Assembly: GCF_009914755.1 (NCBI RefSeq)
Contig: NC_060937.1
Direction: 5' to 3' (one strand)
Source of the DNA: the human T2T-CHM13v2.0 reference genome, Homo sapiens
DNA: 64,000 nucleotides
Part shown: piece by piece, positions 27,625 to 43,500 of the stretch
Layout of the letters: each line of letters begins with the position of its first letter
Numbering within the stretch: position 1 is the stretch's first letter
Program-made: the position numbers and the translations under genes
The notes under the pieces: model-generated
What the model was told of the DNA's origin: nothing
Seen by the model: only the letters and a program-made list of their open reading frames with translations
The model's database searches: none

Positions 27625-28767
27625 AGTTTAATTTTCATTCTATTTGAAATATTATTTTTCACTTTCCCAAGTAATATATTAACATAGTTCGAACTCTAAA
27701 AAAAATCTTTACAAGGTTGGTATTGAAAAATATCTCCTTGAAGCCCAAATATCCTAGTCCTGTGTTCCCTTTCACAAGCTCTCTTGGCTATTTCTTTGGG
27801 CATTTACTTTCTTATATTTTCTAATGCTGTTTTTTAACTGTCAATTTTAATTACTATGTATTTCTCTCTTATCAAATGAAGATTTAGCATTTTTACCTCA
27901 TCTCATACTTCCTCTTTACCTATTGTTTTAATATAATGTTTTTACATTAGTTTTGTTGAATTCATGGTCATTATTTATATTGCTATGACTATGTTATTGT
28001 TGCTCAGAGCTGAGTCAAGTAGCATAGTTAAATTTTCTATTTTGTGCAATTTTTGTTTTTCAAAAGTTACTTATGATTTTTATTTTTTATTTGCCTAGGT
28101 TTACATATCACAAATATTATATCAAACTTTCCAACTGATCAATAAGACACTTTTGAATCTTAGTTTCCCCATGATCAAACAAAACTGATGTTTTATCAAT
28201 TCTGCCCCTCCCCAGCCCACCCCTAGCCCTTGGAAACATGCGTTCTGTAGCCTTCTATCCTCCTGGCTCCAATGTGTACTAGTTTCACTCTAGAGCTGTT
28301 GCACAGTGATCCTGAGCTTCTCCTCTCCTCTGTTCTGGCTTCCTTATTTTGAAGATTCAGTGTCTTCCTGTATTTTAGTTAACATCCTCGTTGTTCAGTA
28401 ACTTCTTGAGATGATCTGGGAGATCTGAGAATGCTTTTAATATGTTGCTGTACTTGATTGATAGTTTGACATTGATTGATTGATCGTTTGGTTGGGAACA
28501 GAATTTTAGCGTGAATAAAAATGTCCTTCACAAATGTGAAGGCGTTGCATTATCATCGTCTATCTTCAGATGTGGTATAGAGTGTCTGGTGATACTCTGA
28601 TTTCAGATTTTTTTTTTTCTAAAAATCTATTTCTCTCTGACAGCATTTACAATATTCTGTTTATCCCTAGTGCTCTGAAATTTCAGAGATGAGATGTGCA
28701 TTAAAATAGGCAATGTTTTCTTTTTGCAAATTCATATTCTTCAATTTGAGGAAAATTCCTTTAACCA

Positions 28768-29057
28768 TTTTTTTTTTGAGATGGAGTCTCACTCTGCCAC
28801 CCAAGTTGGAGTGCAGTGGCAGGATCTCATCTCACTGCAACCTCTGCCCCCCGGGTTCAAGCGATTCTCCTGCTTCAACCTCTTGAGTAGCTGGGATTAC
28901 AGGTGCACACCACCACACCTGGCTAATTTTGTATTTTTAGTAGAGACGGGGTTTCACCATGTTGGCCAGGCTGGTCTCGAACTCCTGACTTCAGGAGATC
29001 CACCTGCCTCATCCTCCCAAAGTGCTGGGATTACAGGGTGAGCCATTGCTCCTGGCC
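28768..29057 (-). mobile_element. Alu (AluSx-like)
   Basis: Poly-T tail and full reverse Alu ending cctggcc. Confidence 0.95.
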
Positions 29058-29393
29058 TTACACTAATTTTTGATAATGTCTTCCTATCTTTTTTCTCCAC
29101 TGTATTCTCCTTGAACTTGGATTTGCCGCATATTTTATCATTCGAACCCACCTTTTAATTATTTTATTTTTATTTTTATGCTACAAATTTTGTATATTTT
29201 TATCTTTTTATGTTTTCTGATAGAATTTCTCCACTTTATCTTCCTACACTTCTATTAACTTTTTAATTTTAGCAATGTTATTTTTATTTCCTGTTAAAAG
29301 TTATTATCTGATTATTCTTCCTCTGTATTCCATATTTAGGATTTTTTTAACCTTTAAAACAACCCTACCATATTCTCATTTCCTCTGGGTTCT

Positions 29394-29424
<31 letters not shown>

Positions 29425-30619
29425 CTGAAAGCTGAGCCAAGTAGTTTGTTTGCTTGGGTCTCTGCCTTTTATAAAATTGGATGCTTTCCTCAAATTTCTG
29501 ATGATGTTTAAAACTGAATGCTTAAGAGAAAGGTCCTGAACATCCTGATTGGAACCTCTGTGTGTGCTGTTAGAGCTTGCCACCTGATGGCCTTTCTTTG
29601 GGAATCTGGTCATTTTGTTGCAGAACTCGTACCCTCTTCATGTCAGTACCTATTTGTCATTTCGCTGCACCAGAGATTTTCCAGAAAACAAACAAAAGTA
29701 TTCCTCCTCCAGTCCTCCTCCCAGAAGACTATATGCCTGGTGGCTAGTGTTCTTGGAATTGAGGAACACAGAAAGGTTGTGGGGAGGTGTCCCACTGTCC
29801 TGAGTGTAGACTTTTAATTATCCCTCTATTTTCACTTCAGCATCTCTTTTCTTCTTTCCATGTTTCTGGTGTCCATGAATCTGGAGCATTTTCTGCTTCT
29901 GCTAGAACAGGCTAGGGAAGGCACCATGGTGTTCCAGAATGTAGAGAGAATATGGAGTGCAACATACATGCTTTCAGGAATGAACACAAGAGCCCCTTCC
30001 ACTCTCCTTTGTAGTAAGGGGCACATTCAGGTAATGAGCCCATCTGGGATTGCCAGGCAGGCTCCCTTTTGGCACTTGGCATTCACCTTTCTATACTCCA
30101 CTAACTCTTTCAAATTCTTTTTATCTCTCCCATATTTGAAATCACGTTTCCACTTTTAAGTCCTTGCCACTCTCTTTTTGTTAAAAAAACTTTTAAAAAG
30201 TCTTTTTAAAGTTTAAATACCCACACACACACAAACAGAAGAGAACCTAATTTCAGTGTGGTTAGATCTAAAATTTTAAACTAATTTCAGTGGGGTTAGG
30301 TTTAAATATTCAAGTGTTTCATTGGCCACAGGGTAATGTACAAAAAAATTGGCCACAGGTTAATGTACAACAGCGTAGGTACAATAAGAGGAAGGAGAGC
30401 ACCGCCCATAGAGATTCTGATGAGGACGGCATCCCTGAAAATTGGGCAGCATGGTAGCCCTGAGTGAGCCTTGGCCGGTGTCCTGGGTGAAGGACCAGGG
30501 TAGATAAGGATAGTGCTTCTGCGTTCTTCAATTCTTCATTTATTCTCGATTTCTAAGAGAAGTTTACATCAGGAGACATAATGAAGAGAAATATATGAAA
30601 AGGAGTGACTGAACTATTA

Positions 30620-30735
30620 AAATTAGAAGTTTCAAACTGCTAAAAGCAAAAAGGAGTGCAATTAATAGATGCACAGGGCCAAGAGGCTTAAATCAACTAG
30701 GACTGTTTCAGAAACTGGAATCTATGTTCACCCTA
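30620..30735. mobile_element. hAT-Blackjack MITE (MER81-like)
   Basis: ggagtgcaattaata...ggactgtttcagaaactggaatctatgttcacccta resembles the MER81 terminus ...tatggtcacccta. Confidence 0.45.
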
Positions 30736-31411
30736 ATTAACATCCTCTGTAGCAAGAAGTCTTAACCTACCTTGACGGGAAGGAGAGTTTCAAAATTAAA
30801 TGTGATTTATTGACAATGAATTTCTTTTCAGCACTTCTACCTCTGAAGTAGTTTTCTATGGAAATTTATGACTTTATATTAATTATCAAGTTAAGAGTCG
30901 GCCTATATATAAAAAATCTTGAGAATTATTTTATTTAACACATATTTCTTCCATATCCCCCAGGAGAAAACATCTAGCAATTTCTTTTTTGTGTTTTTAT
31001 TTTTAAAAATAGACTCCCTTTTATATACACACATATCTAGGGATTTCTAAAAGAAAAACTCAAATCATAAATTTCTGGGACCTTATCTATTCTTTCCTTG
31101 GTTATCAGAACATTAAATGTTAGATGATTCTTTTTTTTGAAGTAAAGAAAAGGGTGGACTTTAATGTTTATTTACAGGACACTGTGTGACATGAAATTCC
31201 ACATAGAAATAAGAAACCCATTCAGAGGACAATTGAAGAGATTGTGTACCTCATTCATTGTGGCATAATAGATGACTTTTTTTTTTTTTTATAAAGAAAT
31301 ACTTCTCTACAGACACTACTGGTAGTACAACTATTTTAAAAGTATAAAATGTCCTCCACAATATAAAGAGAACTAAAACATTATTAATTGCTAACACAAA
31401 GGCCCACTACA

Positions 31412-31837
<426 letters not shown>

Positions 31838-32927
31838 TTACATAGTACATCACTTACAATGATGTGCTGGAATGTATAACCCCAACTCTTCCATATATTC
31901 AATATAAACAATCCAACAAGCTGCTCAAATTCCTTCCATGGCTCTGGTTGTAAATGGACAGTGATATATTCAGATTGGAATGAAGCTGTGGGCTTATATG
32001 GCAGGCTGTATATGAGACAAGCGGCCAAAAAATGTTACCAGGTTTTATTATACTTGCTGCAAAGTTGAGAAGCAAAACTGCAAGCCTTAAAAAAATTGTG
32101 AGACTCAAATCTCCAAATTGCTGATGCTCCTCACCAGAACTGAAAAGATTAGAATGCCTTCTTGAGGCAATAGATAGTAGTTTGGTCAGTCCCCATCTCT
32201 TGAGGTTTTATTATTAGAATGAAAATAGGAAAAAGGGGGACATACTCTGAATCAGAGAAGGTGGGGAACAATAAGGCAAATGAAAAGGGAGTGCCGAGAA
32301 ATGAGAGTTTCTTGATTAGTGCAGTTTTGTTTTGATTTAACTAACGAAATCTGGGAAATGCGGTTGTCTGGGAAAAACAAAGGTAGATCCTTCAAAGAGA
32401 GTAAGATATGAGTCATTCTTTGCAGGTGAAAGACATACTAACTGCCCCCGCTCCGCACCCTCCAGCACCTCCCAGGTTCACATGGTTTGAGTTGATTTTT
32501 CCATTTTCTATGCTGTGCAACATCCAAGCAATGTCTCTTGCCATCGAACTCAGGTAAACTTGAAAGCCTGGCTCCTTGGGGGAATAGATAATGCACAAAC
32601 GAGTCATTTTGTTTTCTGTGCAGAGCTAATTGACCTACACAGGAAACAAAACTTCAGGGTAGGCTTCATTAACACCATGGCCTAACCAAATGAGATAACG
32701 AGTCTAACATAATGATGTTAGCTGGATAAATATAATTTTATGGTAAAGTCTCAATAAATATGAGATTCTTCTTAAAAGCTTTTGTTTTTCCAATCAAAAA
32801 TTATGATGGTAAAAAATACAAATAAAACAGAGAATATGAAAATATCCCCTTATACCACACCCCAGGAATCATGACTACATGCATACGCTTCTTGACTTTT
32901 CTGGATGTAAACTTATAAAAATAAGAG

Positions 32928-33217
32928 TTTTTTTTTTTTTTTGAGATGGAGCCTCGCTTTGTCACTCAGGCTGGAGGGCAGTGGGGTGACCTCAGCTCAC
33001 TGCTCCATCTCTGGGTTCAAGTGATTCTCCTGCCTCAGCCTCCCAAGTAGCTGGGACTACAGGTGCACACCACCTTGCCTAGCTAATTTGTGTATTTTTG
33101 TAGAGACAAGGTTTCACCACATTGGCCAGGCTGGTCCTGAACTCCCGACCTTAAGTGATCATCCTGCCTTGACCTCCCAAAGTGCTGGGATTACAGGCAT
33201 GAGCCACCATGCCCGGC
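32928..33217 (-). mobile_element. Alu (AluS-like)
   Basis: Poly-T tail and reverse Alu ending gcccggc. Confidence 0.95.
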
Positions 33218-33249
33218 TGAGATTTGTAAATTTTAACCCATATTGGACC

Positions 33250-34340
33250 ACATGAAACATAATGACCCATGAGATGCTTTTTACTTTTTCTTTTTTCTAC
33301 TTATTGTAATTCTGAGACTATATTTCCATGTGAGTATAAAAGACCTGTATAATCCTCTTAATACAAACTATGAATGCATCATATTTCATTTCAATAATCT
33401 CCTATTGATGTACATTTTGCTTGCTTTCAAATTTTTGAAAAAATAAGCAATTCATATACCTTGTATGTACATCTTTTTATGCTTGTCCTATTTGAGATAC
33501 ATTCCTAAGATTGGAGTTACAGGAACTGTGGGTGAGTATATTCTATTTAAAACACTAAAAAATTTTTTTAGAAAAAAGTTTAAAAAATTGTTTAAGAAAT
33601 AATTTCTTTAATGTGGGTCTTATTACTTTCTTTCTAAAAATGTCTTTAGCTCAAACTTATTCTTGAATGGTATTTCTGCTGTGCATAGAATTCACATTAG
33701 CCCATTGAAGGAAACATTCCGTGGTCTTCTAAGATTGCTGGTGTTGAGGAGTCAGCTGTCAGTGTAATTGTTGTTGTTTGAAGGTAATCTGTTTTTCTTA
33801 GCTGCTTCGAAAACTTCTTTGCCTTTGGTTTTCTGCAGTTGTGCTCAAATGTGTCCAGGTGTAAGTTTCTTTTCTTTTAAAACTTCTTTTCTTTTAAAAC
33901 AATAATTTTAGGATTTTTTTAACCTTTAAAAGTCTAATGTGTTTAATTAGTTTTGGAAATGTCTTAGTCATTATCTCTTAAAATATTGCATCTGCTTCGA
34001 CTTTTTCCTCTTCTGGAAACTTCTTGCATAACTTCCATGATTTTTTCTTCTGTATTTTCCTACTTTTTGCCTTTTTGTGCATTGTTTTGGTAATCTCTTT
34101 TAGTGAAACTTATATGCTAGCAATGGTTTCTTTAATTATGTCCCAGTTGCTGTTAAATTCATGTTTTAAGTTATTAATTTTGATTATAGTATAGAATAAT
34201 GGCTTTAAATGCTTTCCTTACTTCATCGGATTTTCACATTGTAGATTTTTGTCTTGAAAATAAGGCACTATCCTATTATCTTCCCAAAGCTGTTAAGAGG
34301 ATGCTTTAAAATTTTTGAGTCTTTGTCTTAATTAATTAAT
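33250..34340 (-). mobile_element. Old L1M fragments
   Basis: ctcctattgatgtacattttgcttgctttcaa; gaggagtcagctgtcagt...ggtaatctgtttttc...gcctttggttttctgcagtt. Confidence 0.55.
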
Positions 34341-34364
34341 TTCTAAAGCAGTGATTTTATTTAT

Positions 34365-34855
34365 TGTTTTAATTGACAAGTAAAAATTGTATATATTTAT
34401 GTACATGATGTTTTGATATATGTATACAAAGTGGAATGGTGAAATCAAGTTACTTGACATAGGCATTAGCTCACATACCTATCATTTTTTGTGGCAAACA
34501 CTTGAAATCTACTCTTTTTAGTTATTTTCAAATGTACAGTATAATGTTGTAAACCATCATCAGCATGATGTACAACAGATCTCTTGAACTCATTCCTCCT
34601 AAATGAAATTTTGCGTCTTTCGATCAACATCTCCCTGGTCTACCCAACCCTAGCCCTTGGCAACCACCATTCTCCTCTCTGCTTCTATGAAATCGATTTT
34701 TTGCACTCCACATATAAGATCATGAGGTATTTGTGTTTCTGTGCCTGGCTTATTTCACTTAACAGATTGTCCTCCAGATTTATTCACATTGACTCAAATG
34801 ACAGGATTTTCTTCTTTTTAAACGCCGAATAGCATTCCATTGTGTATATATAATG
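34365..34855 (-). mobile_element. L1MA-like 3' end
   Basis: aattgacaagtaaaaattgtatatatttat...ctttctgtgcctggcttatttcacttaa-like segment...gaatagcattccattgtgtatata. Confidence 0.85.
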
Positions 34856-34956
34856 TCTTCATCAGATGATTTAAAATATTTCATCTCAATTTTTCAGTTG
34901 TTCTGATTTGTCTAGCCTGCCATTTATGAAAACATATATATCACTTAGTCTTTTTT

Positions 34957-35268
<312 letters not shown>

Positions 35269-38200
35269 ATCACTTAGTCTTTTTTAAAAATAAGGTTATA
35301 CTTTATGTTTTTAATGCTTCCTATGTTTTCTATTTTTTGTTATCTGGTCTATGTATTTTTTTTTCTTTTGAGTCCCTTTCTCACCTCTTTTTGGGTCACT
35401 TGGAATTTCTGTAGCCCATATTCTTACCTTTAGTTTTACTTCTATGACACCAAATAATTAATGTAGATCTAATTTCCTTAATATTAACTTTAGAGGGCAT
35501 CATTAATTCTCTAACATAAAAATGAAGAAATTAGCACAATTATGCCTCCTTACATATTTCTATTACTCTATTTTTTCTTTGTTATTTTTACATTCTCTTG
35601 CTCTGTAACACTGACATGCTATTTTATAATTGCTTATTAGACCCAATTTATATGACTTCCTTTTATATTTAAGTGGAGTTAATATGCAATTTGAAGAGAG
35701 GCAGTTTTATCTGCTACCATCACCTGAGGGGTGCATGATCTTGGGAAACTGAAGCTTTAGTTTGGGTTTGTTGTTTTAGGGCAATTTCCTACCAAAGTCT
35801 ACTCTGTGTGAGGACCTTAGAAGCTCACATTTTGGGATGGGCAGATCATACAGGCAAGAAGACAGCACAGTCCATGGTGCAGCCCTCTAGTTCATAGGTC
35901 ATTTATGTGGCAATTTATCTTTGCTCAATGAACTCTGCTGGCTGGTTTCCTTCCCTTTACCCTACCACACCTGAAAGCCATTTCTCCAGTACTGAATAGT
36001 TGAGTGAGAGGAGCTAGATGGTAAAGATGAATGTCTACGTAGGTATTTCAGTTATCCTCCCACCACTTGTCAGTGTTGAATTTGACCCTCACGTTCTCCC
36101 TTCCACAGCCATGATCCCAATTCTTGTAGTTTGAGTAAATAAAATAGAAATGTGGTTAGCCTCTTGGGGCACTCTAATTTTCTTTCAGAGGAATCTATAC
36201 TTCAACCAAGTTCTGGATGGCAGTGAATTAACATTTGGCATTCTCCTCAGGGTGAAAGCAAATGTCTGTATTTTCAGTTTGAAAAATAGTTTATGGTTTT
36301 GATTTTCAGATGTTTTGGTAAGTTCCATGGGAAGGAGCAGAGTAAACATGTGAATTCCACAGTCTTTTACAAAAAGCACATGAGTGTGTTTCTGGGATAT
36401 TTATTTCTATTTATTGATCTAGTCATCAGGGCCTATATCACTACTATACTCCTTTAATTACTAAAAGTTTGTGTTGTCTTTTGTTATCTACAGACCAACT
36501 TTATTCCCCTTATTTTACCTTTTTAAAATAGGTTAATTAGGTGCCAGCTCTTATTCTTCCAAAAAAGCTTTAGAATCAGTGGACAATGCTGAAACAGTCA
36601 TAATAGAATTTTAATTATAAGTGCATTACGTTTTCAGATAACCTGGGAGATATTTGGTGTTCACTCAAATAGTTAATTTAATAGCCTAAATAAAATAATA
36701 ATGTATAAATTTTTCACTTTTTCCAAAGTGGTCAAATTTATTTATAACTAACTAAAAGGGAACAATAATGTTATTTCATGAGAAGTGATCAAGTTGGTAT
36801 TGTTCCTTAAAATAGTTTCAGAACCTAGTACAGTGCCTGGCACCAAATACAAACTCAAACAATAGTGGAATGAATCAACAACTGAATTTAATAAAAACAA
36901 ATCCACTTTTTAGAAATAACATTCTTAGTAAGACTTAGAAAAGAAATTGCTAACCCTTGTTGATTTAAAAAACAAAGTACTTTGAATCAAATGAGCCAAA
37001 AAAAGAAGAAAATAAGCACATAATACCCTCACCCTTTTCCCTTCTGTAAACATCTGGATCCTTTTTGTGGCGCTTTCAAATTTCAAAATGGCTTAATTTA
37101 GTTGGCTAGGATGTTCTGGATGGAAAACGGGGAGGAAGGGTAACTTATTTTATGAGTAAACAATAGTATTGTAAATAGCTCAATTTTCTTCCTTTGTGGT
37201 TTTAACAATACACAATCGGACTCTTCCATTGCAGAGCGTGACTTTGTATGTAGATGGTGAAACCATACATGCTGCAAATAATATCTGGGAGTTTATGAGT
37301 AGAACTTTTGTGAAAATCTACTGAGAACCCCCATCTATTGTTTTTAGACTTCTAGTACAGTTTATGTGTCCCAGCATAGTTCAAACGCTTTTGTCTTCAT
37401 TTACTCTGGATTTCCCAGATCTTCTCCATTACCACAAGACAGCTCCCAGATGATGGGACAAGTATGGTAAAGGATACTCTGCTACATTCAGGGCTAAAGA
37501 GCTTGCCATTGAACTGTCTCTGGGACCCAGGGGAGTCTTCCCAGGGATATGACCTGAATGGAATAGAGATGGAAAGTGGACTTCCCTGTGGTCCAAAAAG
37601 CTCAGGGCAGTCAGTTCCCACCACTTATGTGTTGGGAAATCAAGGCTGAACTGCATCAATATTAACATATTTCTATTGGATCAATATCAGTAATTTTCCC
37701 CCTTTTCTTTCAACTTTGGAGTTTTGCCTTTATGCTGCTGGCTCTGCTGTAATGGTCCTAGTTGTGTGTGACTATCTGGGTGGCTTCCATAGCCCCATGG
37801 GTTTGATCATCAGTCATCATGTCTGTATTATTCACAAGCACATATTTCACTTGCTTTAACTTTCCTATATTTTGCCATTTGTGAAGTGGAGAAAGTCAGT
37901 ATCTTGTTTCTTAGGCCAATCCATTCATTTGCTAGAAGGGAGAATCTATGTAATGGAGAACTGAAACATTAGCTGGCCCTCCTATCTGCTTCTCCTATTG
38001 TGTATTTCCCCTAAAAAACAAAATCTTCCCTAGTGACTCTGCCCTTTTGTTCAAGTTAGAGAATCCTTCATAAGGATGATATCATGTTTCCACAGATGCT
38101 GTCATCCTACCTCATGTGATTTCCAATATACGCACTAATGTGTTGATGGCTCAATGGGATCAACATTTCTATTGATCATCTGCAGAAATATAAAGAGGTT

Positions 38201-39519
38201 TGACCATTTATTCATTATTTTATTTGTTCAAAGAGGAAATGACTGCAGGCCCTGGGCTACCTTCTGGGATTAATACAAACATGTTTCCTACATCCTCAGA
38301 TCCTCTATTCTAGGATTTCTTACACCCAGGCTGGTGATATCTATGACATCCAGGATCTTCTAACTTTCTATATGGAAAAAATTTAACAATTAAGCCAGCC
38401 CATCAACCAACCAACCCACCAACCAATCTATTATACTCTACGATGTGATTAATTGATGCTAAATAATGGAGATTTTATAAAAGAGGAAATGTTCTTTCTT
38501 CCATTTCCCTAGCATTTGAGCTCTTCCTCAGTTTTATTACATACGTTGTAGCATATAATTGCTTGGAATTGAATGTTTTAAATCTCCATTAGGTAATTTG
38601 GAACATAACATATGAAAAAGCTCTCTAACAGTGGAAATGCTTTGTTGTTTTGAGTTTCTAGCATTTTCTTCCTCTCAAACTGTCTTATAACCAGTTCTTA
38701 ATAAGTAGTATAATGACTAAAAATTATAAAGAACATATTAAATATAAGATGGATATTGTTGTAATTTTACCAAGCATGCCAAAATGTCAATTTAACTTCA
38801 TCAGGAAAACCATTTCAAGAATTGGCAGGTAATTTTAATCTGCATTATTACTTGCTCAAGTGAAAGGGAAAAGAAGGGAAGTGCATAAAACAGAAAAGGT
38901 AGTGCATTTTGATGTTGTCTTCAAATTTGCCCTTTATTTGAACAGGATGCCCAGAAAAATTGGAACTTTTAATCAGCTGAAAGCATTCTTACTACTAAAT
39001 GGCTTTCTCCTTGATTGCATACAAATTAGAGATTATCAATGACATAACATAACAGAATTAAGCAAAAGCTAAAACATAACACTACCCATACTCAGATACA
39101 GGAATGTTTTAACTGCAGCATCTTCAGGAAGAATTTGAGAGTCAACATGGATTATGTATGTAGCCTTCTCTCCCTACACCTGATCCCTTGATATCATCAT
39201 CCTATTCCAAAGCTTCAATTACCACCTCTACGAAGAAGATACTCAAGACTAGAATGCCAATTTCCCTAATTTCTCTTTTACAAGCAGAGTTTTGATTTCA
39301 CACTACCTTAAGGACGTTAGCTGTTTGCTATCAAAGCTATGCTGTTAATGAGGACAGTTATGTTTTCTTTCAAAATATTCCTTGCAGATAAATCTCTAAA
39401 TCTCCATGAGATTTATTTCCTACCTCTTCTCCAAGAAGTATTGTGTGTAGTCTTGGCCTACATTGCGATTATTCCTAAAGGGTAATTACTTATTTGTATA
39501 GTATCCAATAGTGATAATC

Positions 39520-40550
39520 AGTCATTCATTTATTGAACACATGCCATTTACCAGGCTAATTAGAGACATGGGAGATAAAAAGGTCAGTGAGATCCAGCCT
39601 TTACCCTTGGTAATTTTGTTGCCAATTGAAAGAGCTCTGACGTACAAACAGATAAAGTTACAATAAAATGGGAGTAAATGCAAAAATAAAGGTAGAAACA
39701 ATGTGCTCTATGGATATAGGGAGAAAGTAATTTTGTCAGGTCCAGTTAGGGAGAGAAAAAGTGATTTTTTCATATGTGTCTTGAAGGATGAAAAGATGTC
39801 CAGTCTAAGAAGAGGAAAGAGGGCATGTGAGACATAGTGAATAGCATATGCAATGGTCAGGGAAGGATACTTTTCTACAGTGACAAACCATAGCAGTGAT
39901 AAAGTCAATGCGACTGAAGATGGGGAAATGTGGAATTGCTGCTGGAAAGGTGTACTGTGGGCACATTTAAAATGCCCTTTCATGCTCTACCCAGGAGTTT
40001 GAGTTTTGTTTTCCAGGTAAGATGTAGATATCTAAAATTTTAAGCAGATAAATGGTGGAAATAGCTTTTTTTAAAGGAAGTTAATTTGGGAGCTGTGTAG
40101 AGGATGGCCTCGAGGAGACAAATACAATAAGATTAGATAGAAAACAAATGTAATAATCCAGGTGAGAATTGATGGAAATCTGAAATAAGAAAAGACAGTG
40201 ACTTGGGAAGGAGAGGAGGCGACAATTCCAAGAGAAGTTTCTGAGCAAGAATGGGCAGGACTTGCTAATGGTTTGGCTAGACAGTTCCAGGATGAAAAAG
40301 AAATAGAAGGTGTCTTTGGAATTTCTGGCTTGGGAGACTGAATGAATCTTGAAAGACAGTAAGGGAATAGGTTAGCAGAGAGGGGAAGATGTGCTTGATC
40401 TTGGATGTGTTCATTTAACAAGTTTGTGGGACATCCATGTGGGCATGCCCATTAGGCGGTACAAAATATGAATCTCTGCTGGGCAGAAAGACAAGGGATG
40501 GAGTTTTGGTAAACATTAACAAATAGATCATTATAGAAGCTATGGCCTTC
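39520..40550 (-). mobile_element. L2 LINE 3' portion
   Basis: gtcattcatttattgaacac terminus followed by ~1 kb of purine-rich L2-like body (gtaataatccaggtgaga, ttctggcttggg). Confidence 0.7.
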
Positions 40551-43500
40551 AGTTAAAAAAATCAACCCAACCCATATCCTAGTTTATCTTCTATCTGCCT
40601 TCAATATGCTTTAAAGAAAATTGTGAATTTTTTTCTCATACACTCTTTCCATAGTGTATCAAAATGAGTCTGCACATACTTTTGCAATTAAGCCAGAAGA
40701 TTGCTCTATGATAATTATTAACGCTATGTTTCTCCAGCTAAACTGGGAAAGGTACCCTAACTTTCATTCCTCAACATTCTGCCCTGATACCATACGTTAC
40801 ATATAGCAGACTCCCTCTCCTTCTAGACTAGTAGGGATTGAGAAACCATAGTAGTCATTTGTTTGTTTCCCAGTGTACCCACAGTCCCAGTGAAAGAGTC
40901 TCCTAACAGATTTCTTTGCCTCCAGTCTTCCCCACTCCAAGGTTTTCTGCATACTGCTCAGACTCTTTGTCTTAATTAAGCACTGGTTTCGTCATGTTTC
41001 TTCACTGTTTTGTTAACAAATCCTTTAAGCCACTTCCCATTAATATTATTTTTCTTTGACTCTTTTATTTCCAATACACCCTACATGGGTAGCATCACTT
41101 GCCTTTCCTCAAACATGGCTCTCTTCATCGCCTGTGACAGTGCTTTTGTTCCTTCTACCCAGAATATTCTTCCTATCTGTCTATTCTTGTCACAATCCTC
41201 TTAATCTCAAGGATGGCTCAAATATCAGCAATCTGGACTCCTGCAGAGTGTTGTACCCCTGTCACAGGATTAAACCACATTTTGCCTTCAATGAGTGTGT
41301 TTGTGGTTAATATCACATAAACTCTTGGAGAAAAGGCCTGTCTTGTTCATTTTTGTATCACCCCAAATTGAATCATGCAGCCTCTTACAGAGTGGTTGTG
41401 CAATAATAGTAGATAAATTTTCTACGTCTCTTCATATTTTTTTCCTCTTTAATATTGTAAAGTCACATATAATAACTTATTTTCAGTGGTGTATTCATTT
41501 TGATTCCTTGGCCAAAGTTTTTTCTATTTTTAGTCAAAATGGCTCCTTGCTTAAAGGTTTAACTCTTTTACCTCCATACATAGGCTTAGCAAACAATACA
41601 TAAGAATCCCCGTGGTTATAGAATCAGCTCTGCACAAACCTAGGCTTCTCATTCTAAAGTGGAAAATATTAGGAGAAAGTGGGCAATTCATGGAAACATA
41701 GAGTTTATTGTGATAACAAAAACCTAGTTTTATATTTAAGAAAATAATTCCTTTAGAAGTTCCCGATTTCTCTGGCAAAAAGAACAAATAAAAACATAGT
41801 CCAACCAAATGAGGTTTTGGGTTGATATATCAGGATAACAGATAATATAATTTTTTAAGAAATGTTTTCAATTTTCTAGTTTTTCTCTTTGGTAGAAGAA
41901 TGTTTAGTCAACTTTCGTGGACCTTAGACGAGCCAAAGATCAGTATGTTTAAGTTAATCAGTAACTTGAAATGCCTTTTTCTTGTGTTTGGGAGAAAGAA
42001 AAGGAGACAGATTGCTGTGGAAATATAAGATGTTATTTCTGCGAAAATACTTGTATCTTTACCAATTTTAAATGTCGGTTTTCTTCTCCCAAAGTTTATT
42101 TTACCTGTCTACTTGGATGAGCTTCAGAACTATCTATGTCTGAGGAATATTATCTTCCTCTTCTACATTTTGCTGTAGAGCAAACTTTCTGCACCGTATG
42201 TTAAAAAATCTGAAACTATATTATATAGTAGAAACAATTCAAGACTTAACTTGTAAAAAAGTCATGAATTAAAGTGGAATGAAAATAATATATTTTGAAA
42301 AAGCAAACCAATGAGAGCTGGACATGTTAGGTTTTAAAATAATAGGTTCTATATCTTTAATCATTGAAATAATATTTATACACTATTTTCCTATAAAATA
42401 TTACATATTCATAAGATTTTAGAATAGAATGGAATTTTGAGGTCGCCTAGACCAGTTGCATCACTTTGTGAGTAAGGAAATATTAAGCTTAGAAATGTTA
42501 AGTCCCCTTTTCAAGGTCCCACAGAAATCAGTAGCAGAGCTTAAATGAGAATTTAACTTGTCTGATTCCAAATCAGTGGCTCTTTTTACCCATACTGTGA
42601 TATCTATATTGTCTGAATTCAAAACTTGGATGTATATTATGACAATCTGATGTGACTTAAATGGAAACGATGGGACAGAATACTTGAAATTGAAACTGGA
42701 CCCCCAAGTCAGGACACTGGATAAAAAGAAGTTTATTTGTGTCACAGTTTATTTATGTCCCCTAATGTATTTTTCTTTAAAAAAAAAGTAAAGATTAAAT
42801 GCTAGTGTTTTATCAATTTGCATGGTCTTCATTAAATTGAAAAAAAAAACACACCAGAAAAATGAAGGAAATCAAACACTGCTGCTCCAAGCTTAGGGAA
42901 TAATGTTAATACCATTGGAATCTACATCACCAAATACTAAGAACCCTCAGTACATGAAGCCAATCAAAGTTAAATACAGTGGATCTTTGTGTTCTATTAA
43001 TTTATATGCTGAAACTTGTAATGGTGCTGACTACCTTAAACAGTAAGACAAACAAGGAAACATGCCCTTTTAGAGTTGTGAGTTGGGATAGTACTGGATA
43101 TTGAGCAAATATAATTATGTTGCCATTTCTCTGGCTTTTTGATTCTTGGAGCAAATCATCAAAGTTATGTATATGTCACTTTTGTGTGAAATTATAAGGG
43201 GGATAGTCGTTAGGAATGAAAGCTTTGAACCAAGATAAAAATACATAATAAGCAATGTGTCCCTAAATATTTTGAAGAATACATTCCTAAAGAGTTAAAT
43301 CCTGGCCAAAAACAAGTCCTTTGACTCCTGTATTTATTATTCGTGGTTTTGAACATGCCAGGTTCACGAGTTCTACCTGCACTTGGCAACAATTCTGTAC
43401 TTTCCTCAGCCCCATGGTGTGCTCAGCTGCTTGTAAAAAGTAAGGAAGCTCTGGTGACGGTGATGCATGGTAACAACAGTTTTTATTCCTGTCAGACTTG

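Larger units (their letters stand above)
27030..30310 (-). mobile_element. Patchwork of old L1M fragments interrupted by an Alu and simple repeats
   Basis: T-rich antisense L1-like phrases (gtatagaattgtatcaa...catctatagaa, ttgattgatagtttg...gaacagaattttag); internal boundaries unresolved. Confidence 0.5.
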
